From Candidatus Entotheonellaceae bacterium (GTDB taxonomy: Bacteria; Tectomicrobia; Entotheonellia; Entotheonellales; Entotheonellaceae), in assembly GCA_965238075.1 (NCBI GenBank), contig OZ250173.1, positions 2,112,001-2,176,000 of the forward strand: a stretch of DNA of 64,000 bases. The letters are read 5' to 3'. Below are positions 10,078 through 20,846 of this stretch, one piece after another. The notes under the pieces are model-generated. The model was given only the letters and a program-made list of their open reading frames with translations, searched no databases and had not been told where the DNA came from. Position numbers and translations under genes: made by a program. Position 1 is the first letter of the stretch; every line of letters begins with the position of its first letter.

Positions 10078-10158
10078 GCATTCCGCAGGCGCACGCCACC
10101 TGCAGGCCGGGCTTCCTCCTCGTGACTCGACCGCATGCCAATTATGTTAATGCGAGGT

Positions 10159-11220
10159 TTACCACGTCATTTCGTGCATGGCGTGGCGTGTCGGCGGCAT
10201 GTAATTCGTGGCGAGGTCGGCGGGGGCGTTCAGGGTGCCGGCGAAGTTGGCGTAGACGTAGCGGCGTCCGTTGACGTGCACGTGCAGGGGGATGCCGTCG
10301 CCGTGGTGCAGCTCGAGGTCGTGCGGCGCGGTGTGCAGGGCGCGCAGGAGGCGGTGCAGGTGCTGAGCGAACAGCCGCAACCGGTGGTCGGGAATCTCGT
10401 GCAGCGGCTGCTGGTCGTCTAGCGAGATGACCTCGAAGTGCCGACCGAACTTGCCGAACGGCGACCAGTGCGAGACGATGCCGTCGCCCTCATGCAGGTG
10501 AAAGCCGAAGCATCGCATCAAGTCCACACTTTCCTGCCAGACATCCGGATGGCACGCTGTGACCGCCATCTCTTGCTCCACGTCCGGGAAAATGCGGTCC
10601 GCGCCGATGGCCTGAATATGAATGTGCGGCTGCGAGGCGCCGGATTCCCGCCCCTGATGCTTGCGGACGAGCACCGACTTGACGGCCGGGTTGTCCATGG
10701 CATGCCGCACCACGTCGGCAGTCGTGCGCAGCACATGGTAGTACTGCGCCGCGGACAGCGTGCCGGACCACATGAGATCGGTCAGGTCGGCGGCGCCGGG
10801 CAGAAAATGGCGGGCGTCCTCGATGATGACGTACGACTCGTTTCTGCCGCCCGTGCACGCCTCCGGGATGCGCGGCACAATGTTGCGCACCACGCGCATG
10901 GCCCAATCCTCGCCCCGGCTGCCATCGGGCGGGGCGACGCCGGGGTGCATGTCGCCGTAGGTGACGCGCAGAACCTCTTCCATCGTCATGGCCTCGTTGC
11001 CCGGACAGAATACGCAGGCGTCCTGCACACGCCGCATGTCGGCGTGAACGTCGTAGGTCGATGGCGGTGATGGAGCGGTCGGGGCCGACTGCTGGGGGTT
11101 CGTCAGGTGGCGGTAGGCATGGGGCTTGCGGTGGATATTGTTGAAATAGGTGACGTTGCCGGTAAAGGGATTGCGTATCCACAGGACGGCGCCATCCTTC
11201 GTGCCGTATTCGATGCTCAT
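10159..11220 (-). CDS. GalT/HIT-superfamily nucleotidyltransferase-like protein
   Basis: CVFCPGNE and GASQPHIHIQ (variant of the GalT HPHxQ motif). Start taken at ATG 11220 (GAGGGG upstream). Confidence 0.7.
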   Translation of the reverse strand: MSIEYGTKDGAVLWIRNPFTGNVTYFNNIHRKPHAYRHLTNPQQSAPTAPSPPSTYDVHADMRRVQDACVFCPGNEAMTMEEVLRVTYGDMHPGVAPPDGSRGEDWAMRVVRNIVPRIPEACTGGRNESYVIIEDARHFLPGAADLTDLMWSGTLSAAQYYHVLRTTADVVRHAMDNPAVKSVLVRKHQGRESGASQPHIHIQAIGADRIFPDVEQEMAVTACHPDVWQESVDLMRCFGFHLHEGDGIVSHWSPFGKFGRHFEVISLDDQQPLHEIPDHRLRLFAQHLHRLLRALHTAPHDLELHHGDGIPLHVHVNGRRYVYANFAGTLNAPADLATNYMPPTRHAMHEMTW

Positions 11221-11343
11221 GCCGGTTGGTGCCCCTCGCCCTCTTGCTGGCAGGCTTGGAAATGTCGGACTGTTAGCAGCGGCGGGTACTCTACTGTAAC
11301 CGGGCGTTGAATTCAACGCGGCGCGGTTCTCGCTTGTACCAAT

Positions 11344-12312
11344 CTACAGATCAAACAAGTCGTCCATGGCGTCCGAATCGGCCGCGTCGAGGAGGCGCTG
11401 GGCAGCGTGGCGGAGTTCCTGGCGCTGGCCGAAGCTGAACGAAACTTGATACTGACGCTTTTCAAAGTAGGGCGGTGGGCGTAGCGAGATGGCGGGCGGC
11501 AGGCGCAAACGGCGGGCGGCTTCCCGGTAGCGCTGTTCGTGGGCGGTGAGCTGAGGGTAGCGCGCCTGGCGCAGGGCGTGTCGCACCGCTTCGCGTTTCT
11601 GTGGCCCGGAACGCTGCGGGTCGGCGAGCAGGGCGGGTATGCCGAGCCGCTCAAACAGCGCGGCGGCGGTGCAGGCGTCCCGTTGGCAGATTTCGTCGAT
11701 ATAAGCGGCGCACTCCTGGGCGCGATTGCTGCCGAGTTGCAGGCTGGCGAAGAGGGGCAGCATGGCTTGCCGGTCGGCGGCGTCCAGACCGCCGATCCAC
11801 AGGGCGACGTCAACGGGCAGGCCGCTTTCGACCGTTGCCGCTTGCAGGGCATCGTCCAGGGTTGCCAGGGTGCAATAGGCTTCCAGCGTATCGGCACGCG
11901 GCGGCAGGTCCAGCAGCGGGCAGAACTGTTCGGTCAGGTCGGCGTCCGGGTGCTGAAAATCGTGTCGCAGACGCCGGAGAATGCGGGCCTTTTCCACGGT
12001 ATTGAAGGGACGGCAGGCCAGATTGTCGTGCACGGCGAGCAGAAATGCCTGCTGCTCGGAGAGTTCGTCGGCCTCGTGAATCAAGGCCGGAACCCTTGCC
12101 TGCCCAGCCTGCTGGGCGGCACACAAGCGCTTGGAGCCCGCCACAAGTTGAAACGGCGCTGACTCGTTTGCCCGGCGCACGTGCAGCGGCGTCAGGACGC
12201 CCATGCGCGCGACGGAATCCAGAAGGCGTTGCATCTGTGGCCGGTAGGTGACCACGAACGTTTCGTCGTCCAAAGCGATGTCCGTCAACGGGACGTGTTC
12301 GAACTTGGGCAT
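11344..12312 (-). CDS. ParB/Srx N-terminal domain protein
   Basis: LLDSVARMGVLTPLHV...LVAGSKRL...A...VPA ParB-N pattern followed by N.....NTVEKA; no parA neighbour. Confidence 0.7.
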   Translation of the reverse strand: MPKFEHVPLTDIALDDETFVVTYRPQMQRLLDSVARMGVLTPLHVRRANESAPFQLVAGSKRLCAAQQAGQARVPALIHEADELSEQQAFLLAVHDNLACRPFNTVEKARILRRLRHDFQHPDADLTEQFCPLLDLPPRADTLEAYCTLATLDDALQAATVESGLPVDVALWIGGLDAADRQAMLPLFASLQLGSNRAQECAAYIDEICQRDACTAAALFERLGIPALLADPQRSGPQKREAVRHALRQARYPQLTAHEQRYREAARRLRLPPAISLRPPPYFEKRQYQVSFSFGQRQELRHAAQRLLDAADSDAMDDLFDL

Positions 12313-12374
12313 GTCAAACCTTTCTTTCACAATCCGGCCTTGCGCCTGAAAAAACCGTGTCGGATGACGCTGCG

Positions 12375-13220
12375 CTAATCCGACCCACTCTCAGCGTTCA
12401 GGCGCTGCCGGTACTGCTGTTCCTTGGCGTCATAGCACGCCCAGCGGCCCGTGTGCTGCCGTTTCCTGGCTCCCTGCGCGACGATGCGGCATTTGGCGAC
12501 CAGTTGCTCAAGGACGGCCCGGCGATGCGCGGCCGGCAGGGGCATAGTCAATGCCTTCTCCAGGGCCTGGATGCGGTAGCGGTCCAGCACGGGGGTGCGG
12601 CGCGACAATTGATCGGCGTGCCCGCCGCGCTTGACGACGAGCCGTTCCGGCAGGAAGCCGACCGGAACGACGGCGGTCAGGCGTAGCCACAAGTCGTAAT
12701 CCTCGCAGGCCGGCAGGCTCTCGTCAAAGCCGCCGAGCCGATCCCACAGCGTGCGGCGCATCATGACGGCGGACGGACTGATGAGGCAGCGCGGCAGCGA
12801 CGCCAGAAACTGCCAGCCGCCCTGTTTGTGATGGATGCGCCGCTCGTTCACCCGCACCCCGCGGCGTATCCATATCTCGTCCGTGTGGCACGCCTGCGCT
12901 TCTGCACTCGCTTCAAAATAGGCGACTTGCGCAGACACCTTGCGCGGCAGCCAGAGGTCGTCGGAATCGAGGAAGGCGATCAGGTCGCCGGAGGAGGCCG
13001 CCACGCCGCGGTTGCGGGCCGCGCTGACGCCGCGGTTCTCCTGCCACAGGTATTGCACGGCCGGCCCAAAACCGCTGACGACCGCCGCGGTGCCATCGCG
13101 CGAGCCGTCGTCCACGACGATGAGCTCGATGGCCGGGTAGTCCTGCCGTAGCACCGAGGCGATCGCCTCACGCACGAAATCGGCGCGGTTGTATGTTGGA
13201 ATGACGACACTCACCCGCAT
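12375..13220 (-). CDS. Glycosyltransferase family 2
   Basis: VSVVIPTYNR, VDDGSRD, GVSAARN, FLDSDD, EDYDLW motifs. Start at ATG 13220. Confidence 0.92.
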   Translation of the reverse strand: MRVSVVIPTYNRADFVREAIASVLRQDYPAIELIVVDDGSRDGTAAVVSGFGPAVQYLWQENRGVSAARNRGVAASSGDLIAFLDSDDLWLPRKVSAQVAYFEASAEAQACHTDEIWIRRGVRVNERRIHHKQGGWQFLASLPRCLISPSAVMMRRTLWDRLGGFDESLPACEDYDLWLRLTAVVPVGFLPERLVVKRGGHADQLSRRTPVLDRYRIQALEKALTMPLPAAHRRAVLEQLVAKCRIVAQGARKRQHTGRWACYDAKEQQYRQRLNAESGSD

Positions 13221-13254
13221 AGGGTTAACCCCCGCGATGAAGCCCGGAAAGCCG

Positions 13255-13283
13255 TTGACACGGCTAGGGTAGCTTATTATCCT
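13255..13283 (+). promoter_or_regulatory. Putative sigma70 promoter of the peptide ABC operon
   Basis: TTGACA (13255-13260), 17-bp spacer, TATCCT (13278-13283), about 65 nt before the SBP start. Confidence 0.55.
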
Positions 13284-13347
13284 AGCCGCTCTTGTAAACA
13301 ACCCATCCGTACGATGATCACGCGACCCCAGAAAAGGAGGCGACGCC

Positions 13348-14979
13348 GTGTACAAGGGCGTGTTTCGGCTGTTCGTGGTGCTGGTGATGCAGGGCTGCAT
13401 CCTGCTGGGACTCCTTGCCTCCGCTGACGCGGCGCGCAAGAAAATCGTCAAGATCGCCTATAAGGAGCAGGAAACCCTCGACCCGCACGCCAGCATTCTC
13501 GGACAGACGCAATCCGGCGTGCGCCTGCTGTATCGCGGCCTGGCCCGCTTCGCCATCAAGGAGGTCACGGAGACGGCGCCGGACGGCACGGAGGTCGTTC
13601 GGCAGCAAGTGACCACCACGGAAGTCGAGCCGGACCTGGCAGAGAGCTGGACGGTGTCGGACGACGGCACCGTGTGGACCTTCAAGCTGCGGCAGGGCGT
13701 GCAGTTCCACAAGGGCTACGGCGAGCTGACCTCGGAGGACGTCAAATACAGCTTCGAGCGCCAGATGCGGCGCGATCGCGGCATGCGCTTCGCCAAGAAC
13801 CTCGACGTGATCCAGGACATCACCGTTGTCGATCCCTACACCGTGCGCATCACCCTCAAGCAATACGACCCCGTCTTCCCGCTGCGCATGGCCGGTTACC
13901 AGCAGGGCTACATCGTCAGCCAAAAGGCGGCGCTGGAGTTCGGCGACCAGTTCGGCTGGAATCCGGTCGGCACCGGACCATTCTATTTTCATCGTCACTT
14001 GCCGCGCGAAAAGATCATCTTCCGAGCTTTCAAGGAGTATTACGGCGGCCGCCCGCCGATCGATGAGATCCACTGGTTCGACGTGCCCGAGGACGCCACC
14101 AAGCTGATCGGCCTGGAAAAGGGCACCTTCGACATCGTGTCGCCGAATATCGTCACGGCAGACGTCAAGGAGCAGGTGGCGGCGATGGACGCGGTGCTGG
14201 ACGAGCGCGGTCCGGGTGGGCAGTTCCGGTTCTATTTCAATTACACCAAGCCGCCGTTCGACGACATCCGGGTTCGCAGGGCGTTTATGCACGCCATCGA
14301 CCGCCAGGCCATCGTCGATACGTTGTGGCCCGACGGCCTCGGCACGGTGGCTTCCAGCCCGCTGCCGCCGGGGTATTTCGGGCACCTGGCCGTGGAAATA
14401 CCGGCCTATGACCCCGAGTTGGCGCGGCAACTCTTGGCGGAGGCAGGGTACCCGGGCGGCCTCACCATCCATGATTACTTCATCACCAAGTCCTACGGTT
14501 ACCCGAAGATCATGACTATGGTGCAGGAGCAGTTGAAACGGGTCGGGGTGGACGTGCAGCTCCAGTTGATCGAGCACCCGACGTACCACCGCAACATCCG
14601 CAACAACCTGAACCCGTTCGTACTGTACGGCGGCACTCGTCTCACCGACGGCGACGTGATGCTCAGCCTGTTTTTTCACTCCGACGAGGCTCCCGACCCG
14701 GCCACCGGCAACAAGGGCACCAATTTCGCCCACTACCGCGGCATCGACGATCTGTTGGAAGAGGGGCGCCGCACCCGTGACAGCGAGCAGCGCGCCGCGC
14801 TCTACCACGAGGCGCAGCGCCGCATTATGGACGACGCGGTGTGCCTGCCCATCGCCGACATCCCCAGCCGCAGCGCCCGCAACCCGGCGCGCGTCAGCAC
14901 GCCTTTCGATCCGGAGCTCGGTGAGTATGCCCTGCATTACTTCTACAACTATCCCGAAATGCTCGCCATCGTTGAATAA
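13348..14979 (+). CDS. ABC transporter substrate-binding protein, family 5 (peptide/nickel)
   Basis: Signal peptide; LDP, PDLAESW, WTFKLRQGVQFH, PVGTGPF, VRRAFMHAIDR; AGGAGG RBS. Confidence 0.92.
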   Translation: MYKGVFRLFVVLVMQGCILLGLLASADAARKKIVKIAYKEQETLDPHASILGQTQSGVRLLYRGLARFAIKEVTETAPDGTEVVRQQVTTTEVEPDLAESWTVSDDGTVWTFKLRQGVQFHKGYGELTSEDVKYSFERQMRRDRGMRFAKNLDVIQDITVVDPYTVRITLKQYDPVFPLRMAGYQQGYIVSQKAALEFGDQFGWNPVGTGPFYFHRHLPREKIIFRAFKEYYGGRPPIDEIHWFDVPEDATKLIGLEKGTFDIVSPNIVTADVKEQVAAMDAVLDERGPGGQFRFYFNYTKPPFDDIRVRRAFMHAIDRQAIVDTLWPDGLGTVASSPLPPGYFGHLAVEIPAYDPELARQLLAEAGYPGGLTIHDYFITKSYGYPKIMTMVQEQLKRVGVDVQLQLIEHPTYHRNIRNNLNPFVLYGGTRLTDGDVMLSLFFHSDEAPDPATGNKGTNFAHYRGIDDLLEEGRRTRDSEQRAALYHEAQRRIMDDAVCLPIADIPSRSARNPARVSTPFDPELGEYALHYFYNYPEMLAIVE

Positions 14980-15011
14980 GACGCAGTGACACCGCTCAGG
15001 GAGAGACGCCC

Positions 15012-16016
15012 TTGCTGTCGTATGTGGTCAGGCGGCTGCTGATCGCCATCCCCATGCTTCTCGGCGCCATGAGCGTCGTCTTTTTCGCCATGCGCATCCT
15101 GCCGGGCGATCCCTGCCTCGCCATGATGGGCGACGAGGCCACCACGGAAGCCCTGGAAGACTGTGTGCGGCACCTCGGCCTGGACCGCCCGCTACTGGTG
15201 CAATACGCCGACTACATGTGGAAGTCGTTGCACTTCGATTTCGGCCGTTCCATCGTTTTTCAGTACACCGTTTCCAGCTACATTCTGGGTATGTTTCCGC
15301 ATACCCTGCTGCTGGTGCTGGCCAGCAGCTTGGTGGCCCTGGGCGTCGGGCTGCCGACGGGCATCTTTTCGGCCCTGCATCGGCAGAATCCGCTGGTGGA
15401 TTACAGCGCCCGCCTGATCGCCCTTTTAGGACTGTCCATGCCGGTGTTCTGGTTCGGCATCCTGCTGCTCATCGTGTTTTCCCTGCATCTGGACCTGTTT
15501 CCGCTGATTGGCGGCGGTGATCTGAGCACCGTGTTCGACATGATCGCCGAGGGCGAAGTCCTTGAATACCCGGAGGATTTTCTGGCCGCGGTGTTGGACG
15601 TGCTGCACCACCTGGTCCTGCCGGCACTCGCCCTGGGCCTGACCCTGGCGGCGACCGTCAGCCGCATGGCGCGCTCCGCCATGCTCGAGGTCATCAGCGC
15701 CGATTACATCCGCACGGCGCGCTCCAAGGGCCTGCACGAGCGTTTCGTGATTTACAAGCACGCGCTGCGCAACATGATGATCCCGCTGCTGACGATCATC
15801 GGCCTGTTCGTGGCCATCGCCCTGACCGGCACGGTGCTGACCGAGACGGTGTTCACACGCCCGGGGCTGGGTAAGATGCTTGTCGACGCCATTGGCGCCC
15901 GAGACTACCCGCTGGCGCAGGGCGCCATCACGGTGTTCACGATGATGATCATCCTGGTGAATCTGCTCGTCGATCTTCTTTACGCCGTGTTCGATCCCCG
16001 AATTGCGTACAAATAG
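15012..16016 (+). CDS. Peptide ABC transporter permease (DppB-like)
   Basis: PGDP, GLDRP, EAA loop DYIRTARSKGL, RDYP. Confidence 0.92.
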   Translation: MLSYVVRRLLIAIPMLLGAMSVVFFAMRILPGDPCLAMMGDEATTEALEDCVRHLGLDRPLLVQYADYMWKSLHFDFGRSIVFQYTVSSYILGMFPHTLLLVLASSLVALGVGLPTGIFSALHRQNPLVDYSARLIALLGLSMPVFWFGILLLIVFSLHLDLFPLIGGGDLSTVFDMIAEGEVLEYPEDFLAAVLDVLHHLVLPALALGLTLAATVSRMARSAMLEVISADYIRTARSKGLHERFVIYKHALRNMMIPLLTIIGLFVAIALTGTVLTETVFTRPGLGKMLVDAIGARDYPLAQGAITVFTMMIILVNLLVDLLYAVFDPRIAYK

Positions 16017-16031
16017 GAGAGGCGGACGGCT

Positions 16032-16940
16032 ATGGCGACAACCGGCAACACGGTGACCGCAGGGGCGGGAGCCGAGCCCGCGGCGTTCGATTCGGAGGCG
16101 TACCAGCGCCGCCTGTCGGGTCGTCGCCACCGGCGTTACATCCCCATCGCGGCGGGGATGTTGATGGTCGTGCTGATGCTCGTCGGCGCGGTGCTGGCGC
16201 CACTGATCTCGCCGTTCAGCCCGTCGGCGCAGTTTTCCGACTACGTGCTCGAAGGCCCTGGCGGGCGGCACCTGCTCGGCACCGACGAGTTTGGCCGCGA
16301 CGTGCTCAGCCGCGTCATCTGGGGGACACGGGTTTCCCTGCAAGTCGGGTTGGGCGCGGTCGTCGTCGGCTTTCTGGTCGGCGTGCCGCTCGGCATCCTG
16401 GCGGGGTACAAAGGTGGCGGCACCGAAGCCACAATCATGCGCTGCACTGACATGCTGCTGGCCTTTCCCACCCTGCTGCTGGCGTTGATCATCGTGACGG
16501 CGCTGGGCGGGTCGCTGATCAACGAGATCATCGCCATTGGCGTTGCGCTGACGCCCAGCTTCGTGCGTCTGGCGCGCAGCATGGCCCTGACGATCAAGGA
16601 AAACGACTACATCATGGCGGCGCGCGCCCTCGGCGGCTCCCCGCTGCGCCTCATGGTGCGGCACATCTTCCCGAACGCCGTTTCCACGCTGGTCGTCATT
16701 GCCACCCTGTACATCGCCAACGCCATCCGCACCGAGGCCGGGCTGAGCTTCCTCGGCCTCGGCGTGCCGCCGCCGACCGCCAGCTGGGGCAACATCCTCA
16801 GCGAGGGGCGCCAGTTCATCAAATGCTGCCCGTGGCTGACGACGTTCTCCGGCCTCTCCATCATGCTGGCGGTGCTGTCGTTCAACATCATGGGCGACGC
16901 GCTGCGGGACCTGCTCGACCCGCGGCTGCGGGGGGATTAG
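16032..16940 (+). CDS. Peptide ABC transporter permease (DppC-like)
   Basis: HLLGTDEFGRDVLSR, YIMAARALG, EAGLSFLGLG, GDALRDLLDPR. Confidence 0.92.
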   Translation: MATTGNTVTAGAGAEPAAFDSEAYQRRLSGRRHRRYIPIAAGMLMVVLMLVGAVLAPLISPFSPSAQFSDYVLEGPGGRHLLGTDEFGRDVLSRVIWGTRVSLQVGLGAVVVGFLVGVPLGILAGYKGGGTEATIMRCTDMLLAFPTLLLALIIVTALGGSLINEIIAIGVALTPSFVRLARSMALTIKENDYIMAARALGGSPLRLMVRHIFPNAVSTLVVIATLYIANAIRTEAGLSFLGLGVPPPTASWGNILSEGRQFIKCCPWLTTFSGLSIMLAVLSFNIMGDALRDLLDPRLRGD

Positions 16941-16992
16941 GGCGCCTTGATCCGTTGCGGGGCCGTCGGGCGGGGAGGTATCGAGGTGTCCA

Positions 16993-17781
16993 TTGCTGGC
17001 TGATCTCCTACGCGGCTGCCGTTTCCCGTTCCAGGGCATCGCCTTTCTGGCACGCCACCGCTCCCTGTGGACGTGGGCCGCGCTGCCCGCGGCGGTGAAT
17101 ATCGGCGTTTTCGCCGCCGCTCTGGCCGTCTTCCTGTATTTCTTCGGCACCCTCTACAGCCTTACCACCGGATGGATGGTTCCGGCCGCGCCCGACTTCT
17201 GGCTTGCCTGGGCGTGGGTGGTGCCCTTGCGCGTGTTCGCCTGGTCCATCGGCGTCGTGCTGCTGCTGGCGGCGCTGCTGATCCTGTACGGAGCCTTTCT
17301 GGCCCTCGGCCTGGTGATCGCCGCGCCCTTTCTGGCCCTGCTGTCGCAGCGCGTCGAGGTGTTGGTGACGGGGAAGCAGGGGCAAGAGGCGACAAGCTGG
17401 AGAGCCGCCTTGGCCACCGTGTTTGAATCCGTAGTGGACGAGTTCCGCAAGGTTGCCTTCTTCGCCGCCGTGCAGCTTCTGTTGTGGGTACTGGGCCTCT
17501 TGCTGCCCTTCCTGGCGCCGATTACGATTACCGTCGCAATGCTCTTCACCCTGGTGTTTCTACCGCTTGAGTATGCCAGCTTCGCCATGGACAGCCGGCA
17601 CCTGCGCTTCGCCCAGCGCCGTGTCTTGGTCTGGCGGCATCGCTGGCTCATGCTCGGGTTCGGGGCGTCGGCATCCCTGTCGCTGCTGCTGCCGCTGTTG
17701 AACGTCGTCTGCATGCCCGCCCTGGTTGTCGGCGGCACCCTGATGCTGCTGCACATCGAAGCCCCCGCCGATACCACGTAA
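16993..17781 (+). CDS. EI24/CysZ-like membrane protein
   Basis: Hydrophobic; IAAPFLALLSQRVE, LEY, LGFG and PLLN...P...GGT patterns of the CysZ/EI24 family. Confidence 0.75.
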   Translation: MLADLLRGCRFPFQGIAFLARHRSLWTWAALPAAVNIGVFAAALAVFLYFFGTLYSLTTGWMVPAAPDFWLAWAWVVPLRVFAWSIGVVLLLAALLILYGAFLALGLVIAAPFLALLSQRVEVLVTGKQGQEATSWRAALATVFESVVDEFRKVAFFAAVQLLLWVLGLLLPFLAPITITVAMLFTLVFLPLEYASFAMDSRHLRFAQRRVLVWRHRWLMLGFGASASLSLLLPLLNVVCMPALVVGGTLMLLHIEAPADTT

Positions 17782-17828
17782 GTCCCAGGCCAACTTTTGC
17801 AGAGGCGACGCTCTTTATCGTTGCCCTG

Positions 17829-17837
17829 TGGTATAAT
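17829..17837 (+). promoter_or_regulatory. Putative extended -10 promoter for nfeD-SPFH
   Basis: TGgTATAAT about 65 nt upstream of the nfeD start. Confidence 0.45.
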
Positions 17838-17902
17838 TACGCACTTTTTCGCTCATCCCGCACACCGACGAGCCCCAGGGCTCGCTACTGCTCAGGTGTT
17901 GT

Positions 17903-19207
17903 ATGTCTCGCCTGCTTTTCATTGCCGTCGCGCTACTCGGATTGGCTCTGTCCCTGGGTTCTCCGACCCCGGCAGCCGATTCCCACGTCGATGTTCACGT
18001 TGTTGAGGGCATCATCATTCCCGTCGTCGTCGAATACATGGTCCAAAGCATCGAGCAGGCCGAGGCCGGCAATGCCAGCGCGGTCATTTTTCAGCTCGAC
18101 ACCCCCGGCGGCCTGGTGGAATCGACCCGCCTGATCGTCAAGGCGATCCTGAACGCTAGCGTACCGGTGGTGGTGTACGTATCGCCGAGCGGCGCCCGGG
18201 CGGCTTCGGCCGGCACCTTCATCACCATCGCCGGACACGTCGCGGCGATGGCGCCGGGCACCAACATCGGCGCCGCGCATCCCGTTTCCGGGGAAGGCTC
18301 CGACATCGAGGGCGACATGCGCGCCAAGGCGGAAAACGACCTCGCCGCCTTTGCCCGCTCCATCGCCAACCGGCGCCAGAAAAACGCCGATTGGGCCGAG
18401 AAGGCGGTGCGGGAAAGCGTGTCGATTACCGAAACGCGCGCCCTGGAAATAGAGGTTATCGACATCGTTGCCGAAGACATTGCAGATCTGCTGGCGCAGC
18501 TCGACGGCCGCGAGGTATCGGTGATGGGCGAGCCGGTCACCCTGCGCACGGCGGAATCCACCGTGGTGTCGAAGCAGATGAGTTGGCGCCAGCGCGTGCT
18601 CGCGGTGATCTCTCATCCGCAATTCGCCCTGATGCTGCTGAGCCTGGGCTCGCTGGGCCTGATGATCGAACTGTACAACCCGGGGCTGATCTTCCCCGGC
18701 GTCATCGGCGCCATTTCCCTGTTGCTGGCCTTCTATTCCTTGCAGACCTTGCCGATCAATTACGCCGGCTTGCTGCTGATCGGGCTGAGCATGGTCATGT
18801 TCATTCTGGAAGCCAGTGTCGCCAGCTTCGGCATGCTGACCCTGGGCGGCATGGTGGCCATGTTCCTGGGCGCGCTCATGCTGATCGACTCCCCCGAGGA
18901 ATACCTGCGCATCCCGCTGAGCACGATTATTGTGGTTGTCGGCACTACTGCGGCCCTGTTTACGTTTATCATTGGCGCTGCGGTGCGCGGCTTTCGCAGC
19001 CAGCCGGTCACTGGCTCAGAGGGTATGATCGGCGAGATCGGCACGGTGTTCGCCCGCCTCGACCCGAACGGTACCGTGCAGCTGCGCGGTACCTTGTGGA
19101 GCGCCAGGAGCGCCGCGGACATCGAGGTGGGTGAGGCGGTGCGTATCGTGGAGGTTGACGGACTGAAATTGACTGTTGAGAAGGCTGCAAAGGAGACGTT
19201 TTCATGA
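17903..19207 (+). CDS. nfeD: NfeD family membrane-bound serine protease (ClpP-like)
   Basis: [22 protein letters not shown] bundle and C-terminal OB-like domain; ATGA overlap with the SPFH gene. Confidence 0.92.
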   Translation: MSRLLFIAVALLGLALSLGSPTPAADSHVDVHVVEGIIIPVVVEYMVQSIEQAEAGNASAVIFQLDTPGGLVESTRLIVKAILNASVPVVVYVSPSGARAASAGTFITIAGHVAAMAPGTNIGAAHPVSGEGSDIEGDMRAKAENDLAAFARSIANRRQKNADWAEKAVRESVSITETRALEIEVIDIVAEDIADLLAQLDGREVSVMGEPVTLRTAESTVVSKQMSWRQRVLAVISHPQFALMLLSLGSLGLMIELYNPGLIFPGVIGAISLLLAFYSLQTLPINYAGLLLIGLSMVMFILEASVASFGMLTLGGMVAMFLGALMLIDSPEEYLRIPLSTIIVVVGTTAALFTFIIGAAVRGFRSQPVTGSEGMIGEIGTVFARLDPNGTVQLRGTLWSARSAADIEVGEAVRIVEVDGLKLTVEKAAKETFS

Positions 19208-20082
19208 TGCTGTCGCAGGTTGGGTTCGTGCTTATTGTTGTTCTGCTGCTCCTCGTCAATGCCGTCCGGATTCTGCGCGAGTGGGAGCGCGGCGTCGTGC
19301 TGCGCCTCGGCAGGTATCAGGCCGTACGCGGGCCGGGGCTGGTCTTTATCATTCCGCTGATCGAGAAGATGCACAGGATCAACACGCGGGTGGTGAACGT
19401 GGACGTGCCGCCACAGGACATCATTACCAAGGACAACGTCACCCTCAAGGTCAACGCCGTTGTCTTCTTCCGGATTCTCAGCCCCAAAGAGGCGGTGGTG
19501 AACGTCGAGGAGTACTTTTCGGCGACCTACCAGAAGGCCCAAACGGTGTTGCGTAATGTGCTGGGGCAGTTCGAACTGGATGAGTTGTTAAGCGCGCGCG
19601 ACACCATCAACCATCGCCTGCAGACGATTCTGGATTCCGAGACCGACCAGTGGGGTATCAAGGTCGATTCGGTTGAGATCAAACACGTGGACTTGCCGCA
19701 GGAAATGCAGAGAGCCATGGCCCGGCAGGCGGAGGCCGAACGCGAACGGCGCGCGAAGGTCATCGCGGCAGAGGGCGAGTTTCAGGCTTCGACGCGGCTG
19801 GCCGAGGCCGCCGACATCATGGGACGCCACCCCATGTCGCTGCAACTGCGCTTCCTGCAGACCCTCACGGATGTGGCGGTGGAGAACAATTCGACGATTG
19901 TCTTTCCGATACCCATTGATCTTATCAAGCCGTTGATAGACATGGCTGAGAGGACTGGGCTGTCTGGCAATGGCGGCCCTCCCACCACCAACGCCGACGG
20001 CGGCGACGCGCCTGCAGCGGTCGAGGAAATCGCGGTGGCCAGCGGTCAGGAAACAGGGGTCAGTGAGGCGGGCGACGAGTAG
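19204..20082 (+). CDS. SPFH/band 7 (slipin, stomatin-like) protein
   Basis: [49 protein letters not shown]. Confidence 0.95.
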   Translation: MMLSQVGFVLIVVLLLLVNAVRILREWERGVVLRLGRYQAVRGPGLVFIIPLIEKMHRINTRVVNVDVPPQDIITKDNVTLKVNAVVFFRILSPKEAVVNVEEYFSATYQKAQTVLRNVLGQFELDELLSARDTINHRLQTILDSETDQWGIKVDSVEIKHVDLPQEMQRAMARQAEAERERRAKVIAAEGEFQASTRLAEAADIMGRHPMSLQLRFLQTLTDVAVENNSTIVFPIPIDLIKPLIDMAERTGLSGNGGPPTTNADGGDAPAAVEEIAVASGQETGVSEAGDE

Positions 20083-20115
20083 CCAGACAGGAAATTCCTG
20101 GCTGGCCGTACGGAT

Positions 20116-20763
20116 TTAACGAGGCACTTCCAGAATCGCCTGCACCATGTGACGTTCCAGAGCTTGACCCAGGCGTTGTGTGAGGGCTTGCTGGGTGTAG
20201 TTGCCCAGCGTGACTACGTACGCCACGCCCAGCAGCCGACCCACCCGGAAATCCACCACCGTCGACGATACGGGACCTTCCGGGCTGCTCTGCAACACGC
20301 GCAGTCCCGCGGTCTCGTCCGCGAAACCCTTGAATTGCAGGCGTTCCGCCACCAGCAAGTACTGCCCCGGGTGAATCTCCTCATCGAGCCGCGACTCGAA
20401 ATCCCGCAGAAAGACCTCCTCGATCCAGCGCGACACGGATTGCGTTTCGTCGAACAAATGCACCACGGTGGATGCTGCCAGAATGAACCCCGGCGGTATC
20501 TTGCGGCTCTCGGGCGCCGCGGGCAGGAATTCTTGCAGATATCCCGTCAGCCGGCCTACCTTCCGGAAGCGCTCGGCGGTGCTGCCCGGCAGGCCCTGTT
20601 CTGCCAGGCTGTGGTTGTCCAGAAAGCCCGCGCGCACCGCTATAAAGTCGCGCAGCGGCGCCGGCAAGGCCGCTCGGCTCAGGGCCATGCGTGGCAGATC
20701 GTCCGCCGTAATCGCCTGGGTGACTTGATGGAGCGCCTCGGACACTGGGAACACCTCAATCAA
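20116..20763 (-). CDS. Hypothetical protein
   Basis: 215-aa ORF filling the gap between the SPFH gene and msrB; protein-like composition, no motif recognised. Confidence 0.6.
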   Translation of the reverse strand: MIEVFPVSEALHQVTQAITADDLPRMALSRAALPAPLRDFIAVRAGFLDNHSLAEQGLPGSTAERFRKVGRLTGYLQEFLPAAPESRKIPPGFILAASTVVHLFDETQSVSRWIEEVFLRDFESRLDEEIHPGQYLLVAERLQFKGFADETAGLRVLQSSPEGPVSSTVVDFRVGRLLGVAYVVTLGNYTQQALTQRLGQALERHMVQAILEVPR

Positions 20764-20846
20764 TCGGTAAGAAACCCCGGAGTTATGATATTCTGTCGTT
20801 CATCGCAGGGTTGGATATTCCGCCGCCATCACCAGAGGAGAAGGCC

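Noticed and set aside
11344-12312. Chromosome-partitioning ParB or origin region
   Set aside because: No parA, dnaA or recognisable parS nearby, and the arginine patch is degenerate.
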